From assembly GCF_009914755.1 (NCBI RefSeq), contig NC_060947.1: 64,000 bases of DNA; one strand, given 5' to 3'. Numbering within the stretch: position 1 is the first letter of the stretch; every line of letters starts with the position of its first letter. The notes under the pieces were generated by a model that searched no databases, was not told the DNA's origin, and saw nothing but the letters and a program-made list of their open reading frames with translations. Of this stretch, positions 12,426 to 26,860 are shown piece after piece. The position numbers and the translations under genes are program-made. Source of the DNA: the human T2T-CHM13v2.0 reference genome, Homo sapiens.

Positions 12426-13326
12426 TGTGCATATTTTCAGTTCTTTTCAGTTTGCTGAGGTTTATTTTATGGCCCAGAATATGGTCTATTTAAATTCAAT
12501 GTTCATCATACTTAGTGAATATTCATATGTTTCACTACAGAAATATTCATATGATTTATTTCTTGGGGCTTCCCTAGTCTTTAATGTGGGTGACACACAG
12601 TATATGTAGCATATAATATTCTTAAAATTTGAAAAACTGTGAATTCTGAAATACATCTTATCTCAGGGATTTGGGATAAGAAATTCTTGGTTATATTATC
12701 ATCCTTGTGATCTAGAATAAGTTTATATTATTTTTAGATTATCACTGACAAGAAAACAAATAAATTTTAAAATTTCATAGAAGGACTTGCAGACTCAAAA
12801 GAATATTTCCATAGACCATGGGGTCTGTGGTTCCCAGCTAAAAAACTTAGCAATGATGAATTTACAGTATAATGATGTTGAGTTTTCTTTGGCTCTAGCT
12901 GCTTTCTCAGCAAAGATCTTTGAAATGCTAAACTATCTGACAGGCAAATTTGGCTGGCACTTTTGCTTTGGATTTTCTTGGATGTGATCAGAATTGCCAA
13001 AGGTAATTTTATTGCTTTTCTGTGATGAGTGCCGCAGATTGCAAGGAAATCACTGAGGAGAAAGAGATGAACAGTTCATGACAAGTATCAACCCCATTTT
13101 AGATCATAGCTATCTTGCTTATTGAAATCTGATAATTATCAATTGGAACTAAGAAAATTTCTTATTGAAACCAAGAAGGTTAGCAGTTTTAGAGAAATTC
13201 TAATGCCATTCCTAAATCTGTGGTAATGAGCCGGAGGCAAATGATATATTTAAGGGTCCTTAAAATTGCAAGCTTTAGCCCAGAATTAAATAAATAATTC
13301 CAATCTTTATTTAAAAATATAGTTTA

Positions 13327-13655
<329 letters not shown>

Positions 13656-16439
13656 AAGAGGCCTCTGTTGTGTAGGATGAGGGGGAAAGACTCAAGATCA
13701 GCTACAAAAGTTAAACCGTTAAATTCAATGGACACTGTATAGGCCAGCCAAACCTTTGGGCAAGAGAAAGACAATACAGGGAGAAAAAACAGGCAAAGCT
13801 GTGACATGATTTGCATTCTTTAAACATAAGCATTCAAGGAATCAAGAGAATCATGGGAAATTGACTAGATATTGTAAACGTTGATGCCACAACTGCTCTG
13901 CACATTTTGCACTCCTGGTTGCCCAGGAACTAAGACCTCTGCCTTATTTCAATAACATTATAGAGAAATTCATGTGCTAATTTGTAAATTCATGTGTAAT
14001 TGGGGGTGGAGCAGTACATCATCTGGTTGGCTCCACCTTGATAAAGTCTTGAACAGCAACTTGGATTTGATGTCATTAAATAGAACAATATTAAAAGTTA
14101 CTTTTAACTGGCTGCTACTGTGTTGCTTCCCCTCTGGACTCTGGGTGGACTCCATGTTAAGTAATAAAAGTGATGTGATTATTCATTCCAGTTGAATGAC
14201 AAGGTCTTCTCTTGGATACCTGCTCGAAAGGAAAAGTCCAGGAAGCTGAGACTTAGGACTGGAAACAGATGGATGAGCCATCTCACCGTGCCCTGTGCAG
14301 GCTAGAGAGTGAATGTCAGTGCCTCTATTGCTGGGATGAACCTCTCTCTCCACCCTGGGGCTGGGGAAATGTGGCACACGGAAAGTTAGTAGGCTCTACA
14401 CAGCATTCTTGACAAAGCACTTATTTTTCACTTATATGTCACCTAGATATTTAAAAAACCCAAAGAGCAGATCAGAGCTTTTGAGGAACCCATTACTAAA
14501 CACAACCCTTGGTCAGGGATGTTACCTAGAAAATCCTATTCTGATTCCACTCCCATTTCAAATTTAGGAAACATACCTGCTGGTCTGCCTCAGTCTCCTC
14601 TATATCTGAAATCAACTTCAGAGGCAGAATGGAGATTTGGTTAGGTAAATAGTGGGTATCCATAGCATTCTTTGAAGAGACAAAAAGGCCAAGCCAGGGC
14701 TGCAGGCAGTCATGAATAGAATTCTTACACCCCGTGAAAAATCAAGCTGTGCATGATTCTGTTCCAGCACTGACTACTCTTGGTTGCATTAAGTGGCTAC
14801 TTCCAGTGAATGCAAAGTTCAGCCTCCCAAACTGAACTGTGTACCTGAATACTCTGGGAAGGTATCCTTATTTTATTTTCCTTCAAAACCCTACAGCCTG
14901 CTGGCCAGGTAAAGTAAGAAAACATATGGTCTTTATTTAGTTATTTAGTGCTTACCACCAAGACTAAGAGGAGAGTGAGGAGTGAAGATTTCTTGGCTGT
15001 CTCCGATGCTTTCCTTTAATCTTACTTTATTTGCTAAGAGCTAATAAAAAATCTGAAGTGCTTAACTCTCAAGTGTTGCTTTTCTTCTGGGCATTGGTAT
15101 TTGATTTGTTTCTTGGCCTAAACTCCCTCCCTCTTTTTATCACCAAATGGGCGACTGTGAACATCCTTTTTAATGCTGTGCTCATTCTCTTTTCTTTGAT
15201 ATATTTTTCAGCTTCTTAAAGTTTATGTTTTTTTCCACTCTTATTCAAAAATTTAAGCTACAATCATATTAGATTTATACAAAATAATTTAATTATAAAA
15301 GTAATAATCTATTTTTGGAAAAGATGAGAAAATCATTTATAATTTTACTGTCCAATTGCAATAGCTCTTGATTTATTCTCTTTTAATATGTGTTGTATTT
15401 TCCATAGTGACAGAGTGTGCATAGAATTCTGCTCCAAATGTCTTTCACCCCATATTATCCTATCAATGTGATTTCATGTTCACTAATTCTGCTTTGTAAT
15501 AATTAGGTTGCTTATTCCACTGAGTGACATTGCCTCAATTTACTTAACCATCCTTTTCTCAGTGGGACATTTGGATTGAAAATATCTGCTTTTAAGGCTG
15601 TATTAACACTGACAGGAGTTTTGTAAAGCAATCAAACCTGCACAAAATTAATACGTAAAACCTAATAATGTGTGAGTCTTTGGATATGAAAATGATAAGT
15701 TATAAAAACTTCGTGACAAATAACTCAACAAGAACAACTCTCCTTGGTTATTTTCAAGACATACTTACAACTGTAGATTTGGAAAGTGAGCATATGTATG
15801 ATAATACTTAAGAATGAGTATCAGCATTCTTAAAAAAAAAAGTATCACTAATACAATCATCCATACCCATGGAGTCAATTTGCTGCCATATCTTTTCTGC
15901 AACTTACCCTTGAAAATGTGACTCTTGATATTTCCAACCTCCAGGTCAAACTAATTATATCTATATCAAAATCTTCAATATTTGTACAAGATAAGCATTT
16001 ATTTCCTCATCAATTACATAGTAAGTAGCCTCTTAAATACTTTTCCATATTCTAATATTTACACATTCTAATTTTTTTCAGAGAAAATTAGAAAATTGAT
16101 TTTTTCTTCTAGAAGGCTTGTATTTATCTGTAGACACTAAAAATGGAAACTAACAGCTTAATAAACCTGACTGCATTATTACTATCAAGCCTAATCGCCT
16201 TGTTTTGTGATAATCAGGAAATTGTAAAATAGACAAAAACATGCTCTTCATCCTTTGTTAATTAGTGACTACACTATCTCTTTTTAAATAAATAGTGCCT
16301 CTTAATCTGGATATCGATCCTTTTTCTTTTTAAAATTCTTTTGCTAATGAAATACTTGAAATATACAGAAATCCTAGAGATTCTTGATGCAATCATCTCC
16401 TAGTCAAACACATTTTACCAATACCAAAACCTTTTAATA

Positions 16440-17580
16440 ATCTTACAAGATCATTACTTTTTTTCTTACCCAATCTTTTAGTATCTCTTTTTTTCTATTT
16501 AAATATATTTTTCATAAATTCTTCTCTATATACCTGTTTTGTTTTGGTAATTGGCCTTTCTCTGGATATATATTTTTTACTCTCTCAAACTATTTAAAAA
16601 TAGTTTGTGTCACCTTGTTTTATGTGTTTCTCTTGTGGGCAGCATATGGGTACATTTAATTTTTAATCCAATCTGATAATCTCCATGTTTAATGGTTTTA
16701 TTAATCTTTTTGTGTATATTTTTACTGACATGATAAAGTTATTCATGCTGTCTTTTTTCCTTTTTCTTTATTATCTTTTGATTTGCTACTATTTTTATTT
16801 TCCTTTTCTAACATCTGTGGGATGAATAACTTTTTAATCTATTCTTCTTTTAATAAGATAAGGTTTGCATTTGTATTACTTTAGTGGTTATTCATACATG
16901 TTAGCATACACAGCGAGTTTAAATTTATCTAACAGCTTTAAGTTTATTTGGTAGTCTCACCCTCCTCCAGGACATAGCAAGAGCTATAATGCTTTAAATA
17001 GCCATAGAAACTTCCGATTCTCGTTATTCATTTCTATAATTTTACTCTTATCTCTTTCAAAAAAACATTTTTTATCAGTTATTTATGTTTATTTACATAT
17101 TTTATTAATTTTAGGCTCCCAATTGCTTCTTGTACCCCACATTTTCTTCTGGGTTTCCATTTCTTCATTCAGAAGCCCCTCACTCCTTGTAACTTTATTG
17201 AGTGTCTCTGGCTTTGAGTAACTGAAAATGTCTTGTCTTTGCTTTTGCTTTAGAATGATAGTTAACTGGGTATAAAATCCTGTGTTGGCATTTACCATCA
17301 ACATTTTGAGGTTATTAATCCATTATATTCTGGCATTCATTTCCAATTACAAAGAAATGCACTGGGAATATAACCAACAGGGTTCAGTTCTCTGTCTTTT
17401 CTCTCTGGCAGCTCTTAAGATATTTTGTATGTTACCCTTAATGTTCTGTAGTTTCATTACAAGTGTCTAGGTGTGGATTTATTTCCATTTATCCTCCTTG
17501 GTACTTGGGGCATTCTTTTAAATTGAAGACTCATGTCTTTCTCCAATTTAGATATTTTCCAGCTATAATAACAGTCATTT
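16440..17580 (-). mobile_element. Highly decayed old L1 (L1M4/L1ME-like) internal fragments
   Basis: T-rich antisense L1 motifs 'tttttaatccaatctgataatctc', 'gaaaatgtctt', 'ctctctggcagctcttaagatatt', 'ctaggtgtggatttattt'. Confidence 0.6.
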
Positions 17581-17599
17581 CCTCCATTCTTGGTGCCCC

Positions 17600-17728
17600 A
17601 CTTCTCTGATGCCACTCCAACACAGTCAAAGTGGTGGTTTGGGGCATCTCATTACAGCCTGGCCAGGATGGAAGTCTAAGCTCTGCACTCTGCCTTTGCT
17701 GGCTGGGGTAGAGGTACAGCTGCAATTT

Positions 17729-17759
<31 letters not shown>

Positions 17760-18110
17760 TGTGCAGTTTGGCTGGAGTAGAGTGGTTAGTGTCTAAACGT
17801 TCTTTATATTGCCAGTTGCCCTTTTCCTGGTTTTTGGCTAGAGAGATCTGGCTTTTCTCAGGTTTTTTGTTTTTTTGTTTTGTTTTGTTTTTGTTTTTGT
17901 CTGTACCTATTGGCATTTCCAGGTATGCAGTTTGGAATATATGTTGCAAAAAGAAAACCTCAGGTCCCAAGGTCCCTAGCTGGTCTACCTTCTTTTCTCC
18001 ACCTTTCAGAGGCTTGTTATATTTGTTTTATGTTTAATGTTCAGGATTTTTCGTGGTACTTAGCTGGAAAAATAGGAAAAAGCATGTCTACTCCATCTTC
18101 CTAGAAGCAA
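17600..18110 (-). mobile_element. Old L1 (L1MC/L1MD-type) 5' end
   Basis: Reverse complement begins 'gcttctaggaagatggagtagacatgctttttcctatt...gctaagtac', as recalled for L1MC/MD 5' ends; contains a ~28-nt T run. Confidence 0.65.
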
Positions 18111-18767
18111 AGCCTATGTATTTTAAAGTATTTGTCAGACTCCTCTATAAATTAGTTTTTAAGTAGGAAGAACTTAAATAATGATTTAATTATCAATATT
18201 TTTGCTATGTTTCTCACGTTAGATTTCTTTGCCTGTTTTTGCATTTTGGTTTAGAAGCACCTTTTGAGAAAGAGGTTTTGCTTTATTTTTCTCTCTCTCT
18301 CTTTCAATGATCCCTTGTCTTTTTCTAGTCATTTCATTATTTCTTTCTCAAGACACTAGACTTCAATTCTAGAACCAGGTTTAAAATGTAATTCAGGTTC
18401 CTGGCTTTTTTTCGGTGAGCTACAGTTATCACAGATCTGAACCCCAAGGCATTTGGTGACCTAACTAAGTTCCTAGTGGATCAGCTATCTCTGAGTTCTT
18501 CCACTGGTTTGGCCTGTAGGTAACTGTGAACTCAGTGAGTGGTAGCAGATTTTTCAGTCTGTTTTCACTGGTGGGGAAAGAGGAAGCCCCACTTCAGCCC
18601 TAGCTTTAAGCAATGACTTTGGCCCGGTGCATCCGAAGTGGAGATGAAGAACCAGAGGGCATGTTAGTCTCCCTTACTTTGAAGCGCAACTGTCTTCTGT
18701 TAGACTCAGGTTCTGAGAGGCTGCTGGGTTTTGCACTTCTGTTATTCTTTTTTTGGGCCACAGCAAT

Positions 18768-18865
18768 ATGTTGGCCAGGATGATCTCGATCTCTTCACCT
18801 CATGATCCGCCCGCCTTCGCCTCCCTAAGTGTTGGGATTACAGGCGTGAGCCACCACGCCTGGCC
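18768..18865 (-). mobile_element. AluSc-like 5' fragment (first ~98 nt of left monomer only)
   Basis: RC: ggccaggcgtggtggctcacgcctgtaatcc...ggatcatgaggtgaagagatcgagatcatcctggccaacat, then non-Alu sequence. Confidence 0.9.
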
Positions 18866-19987
18866 TATCACAAGCTTTTAAAATATTTTTGATATCTCAT
18901 TACTATGTGTTGGGAGCAGAAACTGTGCACCAAAACATGAACTTGCTGGGCTATCTTAATGGAAAATCTAAATTTTACTTAAACACCTTTGGAGACACTT
19001 GGGGGGAGTAGTTTATATAAGATAACAAACTGCAAAACCCCACATTAGCTCAGATTAGGTTAATTTCATTAAAGAACCAGTTTTCAGTTAACATCATCTA
19101 TTTATTAGCAATTTGGACATATAATTATGTCGTTTTCTTACATCCCCCTTCACATCAACCCATCATCCAAGTAACTTTGTGTTAAATTGTTATTCAGTAT
19201 TATTGGGTGAATATAAGCCAAATGTATACTATCACTAAATTTTCTTCTAACCTTCTATTCCCCTAGTGCTGATAACTGTCTCATTTTCCTGGGCATAGTT
19301 ATCTTTTTATCTATGGCTAATTCTTCCCATATCTGATTATGGGTAATAGAGATTTCCATGCAGTCAAATATCTCAGTTCATTTATCAGTTACCTTTTTCT
19401 CCTTTCTGACTTTCTTCCCAATACTCTCCAACTTCATGTCCATTAAGGCCAATTACTTTCTTGGACTTCCTTCTGACAGTTGTCTTCTGGAAACTTCTCT
19501 TTGCCATCAATCTGGGGATTCCCTTTTCCTCTTTCCTGTGTCAGATCTCCTTTCTAAGGACCTCACTACTTCTTTCTGGATTTACTATGGTGTGGCTCAT
19601 GCTCTAGAGACTTCCTAAGAAAAGATACATGAGAGATACCTTTTAAAAAACTCTTTGTTTTACTTTCACTCTCAATGAGTAGGTTGGCTGATATAGCATT
19701 CTAGGTTGAAAATTATTTTCACCTAGAATTTTTGGAAGTCATTGATCTATTTTCTTCTAGCTACTAGAGTTGGTAGGTCAAATACTTTTTTTATTCCTGA
19801 TCTTTCATATGGGACCTGATTTTTATCTCTGGAATATTTTATGATATTCTCCTAATCATCTGTATTCTGCAGTTTCACAATTGTGTGCCATAATGTGGGT
19901 TTTTTAAATTCTTCGAATTATGGTCTCAGGAGGTCTTTTCAATCTTGAGACTCAGGTACTTGAGTTCTGGAAATCCCTCTTGAATTA

Positions 19988-20372
19988 TGTGGCAGAACAG
20001 CTAAACTTCTCATTGGAATTTAGTTTGTCTCCTTCCAGAGTCCACCCCCAACCCCTGTTCTCCTTACATCCAGGTAGGCCAGATGATAAGTTCTCACCAA
20101 TAATAGGAGAAGTGACATCTGGGCTAAGGCATTGCAGAGGTAGGTGGCTTACTCTACTCTCTTTCTTCCCATTTGCCAGATGGATGCAGCAAATGTCAAG
20201 GTGCTAGGATGGTAGAGCCACAAGGCAGAAGGATCATGGGTCCCTTAGTCATCACAAGGAGACAAGTAACCATGGGCATTCATCTGTTATGTGAGTGAGA
20301 AAAGTACTTTAATTTGTGAAGCCACTGATGTTTAAAGGTTTGTTGTAGTAGTCAGTGTTCCCTGATTGATAT
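19988..20372. mobile_element. MLT1J-like MaLR LTR within old L1 remnants (~19600-20900)
   Basis: 'tgtggcagaac...gatggtagagccacaaggcagaagga...atgtgagtgagaaaagtacttt...aagccactga'. Confidence 0.7.
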
Positions 20373-21389
20373 ATTTTTTTGAAATATCCTACCAACTGCT
20401 TTCTCTGTTCCCAAATTTCTGCAATGTTGATCAGTGAGATATTTGACTTCTTAGATTAATCTTCTAATTTCTTACATTTTCTCACATCCTATCCATCTCT
20501 TTGGCCTTTTTTCCCCACTTTCAGTGAGTTTGATTTGTTAACTTCTTTCAACTATTTTATTGAAAAACTTTGGAGGGGGGATGGAGAGGGAGAGAGCTAT
20601 CATATTTTTTTTTAATTTCCAAGAATATTTTCTTTGATTCCTCTTTTATAGTATATTTCATAGTATATAGTTCAGGTTCGATTAACTCAATATTCTTCTT
20701 ATCTCTGAGGATAACAATTATAGCTTTAAATTATTTCCTGATTTTTATATCATTTATTTCCTTTTTGTATGTGTATGGGAAGCTATTTCACAATGTCTTA
20801 ATGATACAGGGCTGCCATACTTCTTTAGATTGAAGCACTAGAAGTCTGACTGAAAGCTCCATGTGGGTCAGGGAGCAACTAGTGAGCTTCCTGTAAAACA
20901 GTTGCATGGGCCACTGGCTTCTTCACTGGATGAGCTCCAATTATGAGTCATGAATTCTCCACTTGGCCCTGATTTTCCGAGAACAATACAGGGACAGGAG
21001 ATTGGGTGGGAGTGGAGAGTGGGGTTCCCATCATTTTCTATGTATACTTGCACTTCACCCTTACCTTCACCTTAACATGTGCCAGGTATCACCCCTAGTT
21101 CCAAGTCTCTCTAGTTCAATGTATGCATGGAGTAAGACTTCTAGCCTTATTACAAGGACTGGGAAGAAACAATTGCCGGATATGAAAACTAAGGTTGGGT
21201 TATGGAGGCAGAGCAAGATTGGTTGATTGGGATCTTCCACACTCCCAGAGTTTTATAAGTCAAGTGGTGTCTTAGTAATTCCTTTAGCCAAGATGTGGGC
21301 AACACAGGAGAAATAGTAAGTGGAGTATGGTTTGAGGTTCTAGCTAATTGGCTTTTTTATAGGGTAGAAGGACCCCAGTAACAAGAAAC

Positions 21390-21885
21390 GAGAGATAACC
21401 TGGATTGCCAGGGTATCTGACTTTGGAGTTGATTTGCAAAATCATACCCAGAAACAGAAGTGAGTGACTGAGGACAGTGAGACAGGGAAAGGAGAAAAAG
21501 CCACAAAATAGTGAGTTATTAAGTTGGTAAATAGTGTGGGCAACTGGGGCTCAAGCTCGATGAGTGCCATCTGGGGAACTAGTAGAATAGATCTCAGAAG
21601 TGTTACATCAAACTAAATGGAAGTAAAGTCATTTATCTATTGACTCTCATTGCGTCTCTCATTGGTTACTCTTGGGGCATCAGCATCCCCCTCATACTTC
21701 AGGGGAGTGACTGTTCAAGGCCTAAAGGGTCTCCCTCTGCTTTGGAGAAAGTCCTGAGCAACAAAGCAACGAGATGCCAAGACTGAGATATGACATGTTG
21801 GCAGTATGCATGGAATGTCCATCCCAGATGCAGGAAGATCAGTTAGGTAAGAGCACATAGTGAAAGATACCACGAGTATCTGCTA
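21390..21885 (-). mobile_element. ERVL LTR (LTR16-like)
   Basis: 'acagtgagacagggaaaggagaaaaagcca', 'gtgggcaactggggctcaa', ends 'tatctgctaca'. Confidence 0.55.
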
Positions 21886-21889
21886 CACA

Positions 21890-22480
21890 GAGTGGTGGAA
21901 GGAGGTGACACAAGTGACTAAACAGAAGAGAAAAGCACCTGCCTAGTTCAAGGGGGTCAAAGTCAGAGAGTTCAAGCAGAGATCCTCCAAGGGGCCCTCA
22001 AAAAAGGCTCACAGGACAAAAGACCAGCTTTATACATCTGCCAAGCATAAAGAAAATGAAGGCAACTCAGAAGGGACCAACTCTGTTCCCTTTTCCTTCC
22101 GTTTCCCACTCCTCCTTATGCCCAAACTCTTGACTGGTCTGCCCAACATGCCAGGGGGTTGGGGAAGAGGAGAAACTCAAGTTCATGCCCATTTCTTCAC
22201 TGGAGGATTCAAGTCTGGGAAAAGGATAAAGTGCTGCCTTTAAATCAAGCTTTCTGTTTTCATCTGTATCTTGGATTGGACAATGATCTGAGAGCTGAGA
22301 CTATTTGCAACTGTCTATAACCATAAAAACTACACGTTACCTAAGAAAGAACAGAAATTTTTTCATCTTGGGGTAGGATACATTCAACCCTTCTAAATAA
22401 AAGTTTTATCAGGAATGTAGCAGATAAGAAATAAAGTTACATTTTGATTGTAGCATTGGCTGTGCTTATTTTACCTACAT
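21890..22480 (+). mobile_element. Possible ancient Gypsy-type LTR remnant (MamGypLTR/LTR85-like)
   Basis: 3' end 'aataaagttacattttgatt...cctaca' resembles this LTR class; weak. Confidence 0.3.
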
Positions 22481-22569
22481 GTATCTTTTCTTATTTTCCA
22501 GGGTAGACCATATTTTCCAAAATGAAAAAGGTGATGAAGGATACGGCAGGCAGAAAGCTTGGCTTGAGG

Positions 22570-23060
22570 CTATGAGAATGAATCCAAATTCCTTACCACT
22601 GCTCATAAGGCTCAGTGTGGTCCTGAGCCTGCTTATCCCTCCTAGTCATGTAACACTCTCTTCTTCAAATTCTATGCTTCAGCCACAGGGAGAACCCTTC
22701 ACTTCTGGCAGAGTATCAACGTGTAGTTCCTCCCCTGTCCTCCACATTGTTGTTCTCTCTCCACTCTCCCACCTCCTCTGTTTTCTCTTATGCTCACCTA
22801 ACTTACTATTCACTAGATCTCAAATTTCGCCTCCTTCAGGAAGACCTTCAAGTACCCAAGTTCAAGGCACTCCCTGTGCTCCATCTCTCCTAGCACCTTA
22901 TCGCTACTATATTTACTTGTTCACTTTGTGGTGTACTCCTTGCCCATACCCACTATCACAATCTCTGTAAGAGATGGTCTGTCTGGCTCTTGCCTTCATC
23001 CCCAGAAGTTAGTATAGTGTCTGGCATACAGTGGGAAATTAATGTCAAATGAATTAATTT
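22570..23060 (+). mobile_element. L2 3' fragment
   Basis: 'ctccttcaggaagaccttc', 'ccccagaagttagtatagtgtctggcatacagtggg...aaatgaattaa'. Confidence 0.7.
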
Positions 23061-23219
23061 GTGTATTTACATAAAACGTCTGATAAATGTATATAAATCA
23101 AGCCACAGATTTTAAAAAATAAGCTTTACTATAAATAATAAAATGAAAAGATATAGGAACTATCCTTGAAAATTCAGGATTTATATTGGCTATATATAGT
23201 GAGTATATATCTCATAAGA

Positions 23220-23398
23220 GAGTGTTTCTCAAAGTGTTGTCTCTGGACCAGCAGCATCACCTGGGAGCTTGTTAGAAATGCAAATTATCAGCAGGGAAAC
23301 CCACCCTACCTCACTCTCAACTCAGAAACTCTGGGAGAGGGGCCCAGCATCTGTGTTTAATAAGCCCTCTGGAGCATGCTCAAGTTTGAGAACCACTG
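23220..23398. mobile_element. MER5A
   Basis: 'agtgtttctcaaagtg...ggaccagcagcatcacctgggagcttgttagaaatgcaaat...aagtttgagaaccactg'. Confidence 0.88.
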
Positions 23399-24324
23399 CC
23401 CTAATATTTGAAATGCCCCTCCCTGCAAAGAGCTTAAGTCATATTTTAAAGGAGATGGTGTGTCTATTAAACATCCCTGAAAGTTGAGATCTGTATATTC
23501 TCCTTCTCCTTGATGTCATTCAAGTTAACCATCCAAACTAAAGACTGTCCAACACAGTCCATTACAAGAGGACTCAGCTGGAAAGGATTACAAATGAGCA
23601 CTACTGTCAATATCTACAAACGGTCTCCAGGTGTGTGCATCTGGCATGACTGGCTAGGAAATCACTGGATTACTTGCTTCATTTAGTTCTGCATTTTAAC
23701 AGTCTGACATTTTAAACTTCATGGCTGGATTTTTAATCAGATGGGCTGATCTCTGTACCTATCTTGGCATGACAATTTACTTTGTGGGAGAGTTGAATTA
23801 GCAAAGGTGTTAAGCCTCAGGTTTGGCCAAGGGGAGAGGAAGTGACATTTAAAATGTATGACCATTCCATATGGGACTTAAGATCAAAGCCTCCTGTTGG
23901 ATAAGGACAGTGAAGAGCCATATAGAAATCATCCAGAACCTTCAGTGGGTATTTACTGATTCCTTCACCTGAGGAAGCTGTATATTATTAAATCCCTTTC
24001 AAGTTCAGGCAGACAGGAAGTCTTGTATCCTGGGTTAGATTCTATTTTATCCATGAGGATCACCAATAGGACCAATGGGAAAGACCTAAGACATAGGAAG
24101 GAAAATACATTTTTAAATGTAGTAAAATGACAACAGCAAAAACAAAAAACCAAGAAGAGCACAAAGAAAGAAAAAAAGAGTGAAGATTTGTTAATTAGGG
24201 TTAACAAAAAACAAATAATAAACAAATGAAAAATGCCAGACACTATGTAGAGAAGGAAAAAAAAGAGAAGAATAAAAATGCCAGCCATCTTAGGTGCTAA
24301 TGGCTGTCTACTTATTCTTTAGAA

Positions 24325-24525
24325 TTGCTCTGTCCAAGAAGGAAACTGCTAGTCATATGAAGCTACTTATATTAAAATCAATTAAAATTACATACAATTA
24401 AAAATTCAGTTTCTCCATTACACAAGACACATTTCAATTGTTCTATAGTCACATGTCGTTACCATATTGAACAGCACAGATTAGAACACTCCCATCATCA
24501 TAGAAAGTTGGATTGGACAGTGCTC
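24325..24525. mobile_element. MER3/MER33-family hAT element
   Basis: 'ctgtccaa...ctagtcatatg...aattaaaaattcagtt...accatattgaacagcacag...gaaagttggattggacagtg'. Confidence 0.75.
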
Positions 24526-26303
24526 CTATAGAACTTACTTTAAGATCAAACTTGTACTTTTCCCTGTCCTTCCAGGGGTATCTAAATCCACAGAATATGG
24601 AAAACTAAAAGGTTAAGGTCCAGGGATGCAAGTAATTTTGCTTTGTTGATGAATTAGAATTTTCCCTGAAATTCAGTGCAAACATGGTCTGGTTTGTTTG
24701 TCTACACATCTCTCAAGCATATATTCAACACAATTCAACACACCAAATGTTAACTTGGATGCCCCTTCTGGGCAAGACACTACCCTGAGCACCACCTGAA
24801 GAGTAAAGATACATAGAATATAGTCCCTGTTTTCCAGGGACATATTTGACAGAGCACGTAAGACTAGGACATAATTATAATACAAGATAAGAAAAATAGG
24901 TACATTGGGAGGGGTATAAAAAAAGGTGTGGGTCTTTAGTCTTGCTGTGCATATAATTGCCTTGTTAAAAATACAGATGTTTCAGCATCATCCCTAGACA
25001 GGTCTATTTGTTGGCTCTGAGAGAAGCTTCCAGCATCAAGCATGTACCTTCTTTATGGATGCAGATATCTGTAAGATGGCTGGTGACTTTAAGGAGGCGG
25101 GGCAGTACAAGGGAATGCACATTGGTGTGGAAGTCAACAGAAAAACGATTTATAAACTGGCTTTGGCACAGATATTTGTGTGCTGTTGATCAAACCACTT
25201 CAGCAACTTAACTAGTGACTATGGTCAAAATGGCTGATTATGATTCATGTTTGAATCTTCAAATGTCAAAAGAACAATTTAAATTCTTGAGTAGGAAAAT
25301 GAACTCAGGAATTAGTGAGATCTGAATGGAATAAAAGGGAAACCAAGTCCTGAAGTCACCAGAATTACTCAAGGGACTTAAGCCAAACCAGAAGACAATA
25401 TAGACAATCCTTTGGGGACAGATGAGTCACCTATGATACTTATCAAGTTATTAATTAATATAGGTAGATCAGCAATCCTTAAGGGAAGAGCACACTCTTT
25501 ATAGATAAATAGAACACATTTGGAATACAGGGAAGCATTCCTTGGGATACAATACATAAAGCTGAGAGTAGCTGGTAAAATTATGTACAAAGATGCTGCA
25601 TTTATTAGGTGACAAATGAGCAACTTTCTGACCACACATTGCCCATAGATAACTTCTAGCCCATTCCTTGGCAGTAATGGCTTTCACATCAATGGCTGAT
25701 TGACTTGGGCCAGTGTGATGGACACCTCTCCTGTGGCTGGGCAAAACCAGAAAAATCAATATTAAGTTTGTGGTTGACTTCAATCACATTGTAGCCTAAA
25801 AAGTACATAAGTATTTAAATTTTAACTTTTTCATCCTCATCCTTGGTTTCTTTCTTGTCCATCTATTCTAGGATATTGCAAATACTTCCTTCCTCCCTCC
25901 TTTTATTTCTCCTCTTCTCCTCCTCCTCCTCCTCCTTCAAGATTGGAGATGAAGGGGTTTGCTGTTTCTTAACTGGATATAGCAGATAAAGAACAAGAAT
26001 ATTGGCTCACTCGAAGTTGTCCTAATTTCCTTCATTTTAACATATTTCTTCACCACCACCAGAATGCCTTCTCTAATGACAAACAATTTCCTGCTACACC
26101 ATATTTCAAGACTTTAATCCTTGTGAATGGCCATGCAAATGTTAGATTTTGTAAGTCATAAGCAGTTTTCTAAGGAATTTTTAATCGAGTTTCATTGGAC
26201 ATGCAGGCTAAAATGCAATTTCTGGCTTTTATTACACACCAAAAGTCTGTCTTTCAAATAAATCATCAAAGGAAAATTGGGGTGCAATACATAGCAGATA
26301 AGA

Positions 26304-26440
26304 GGCAAGACCATCATATAAGACCATACTGGTTGTACATTGCACAACTACAGGAAAAGTCATTCATAAAGTCTTTGATGTGAATAGTGTTCCCTGGAGT
26401 TGTACAGTGTACAACCTGCTCAGCTGCTCATGACAGACAT
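26304..26440. mobile_element. MER91-like palindromic MITE (hAT-Tip100)
   Basis: Inverted arms 'ggttgtacattgcacaactacagg' / 'cctggagttgtacagtgtacaacc'. Confidence 0.7.
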
Positions 26441-26477
26441 AACAGTAAGATTTCTATATAATTATCATAGGCTATTT

Positions 26478-26860
26478 GTTCATGTAATTAAGTGTTTATT
26501 GGGTGCTGATCATATGTCAGGCTCTGTGCTAGATCCTGGTGAGCTAAAGTAATGAAGTCTCTGTCCTCATGGAGTTAATATGACATTAGGAGGGTCAAAG
26601 AATTAAGGAAGCATTCATGATGAAAGCAAGTTAGGTACTATAAGAATTATAGGGTGACATGGAGCACAGAGAAGGGAGCCTCTTTGGGAATGGGTAAGGG
26701 GAGATTCCTAAAGCAATTGACATTGTTGTGAAATATTAGAAATAAACAGGAATTAGATAAGCCAAATGAGTAATATGATTGGAATGGAGAGGGGGAAGGG
26801 GATGCTGAGGAGGGAACATTCCAGAAAGACTATTATGCATGAAAAGAACTAAATGATGTG
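26478..26860 (-). mobile_element. L2 3' fragment
   Basis: 'gtgtttattgggtgc...tatgtcaggctctgtgctag...ctgtcctcatggag', 'gagggaacattccag'. Confidence 0.75.

Noticed and set aside
13015-13070. C/D-box-like motifs (gtgatga ... ctga) with a weak terminal stem
   Set aside because: Boxes are only ~35 nt apart, too short for a snoRNA, and no guide sequence is identifiable.
22479-22970. 163-aa ORF
   Set aside because: Lies mostly in a decayed L2; Ser/Pro/Leu-rich translation typical of pyrimidine-rich non-coding DNA.
26304-26440. Hairpin resembling a pre-miRNA
   Set aside because: Explained by the palindromic structure of a MER91-like MITE.
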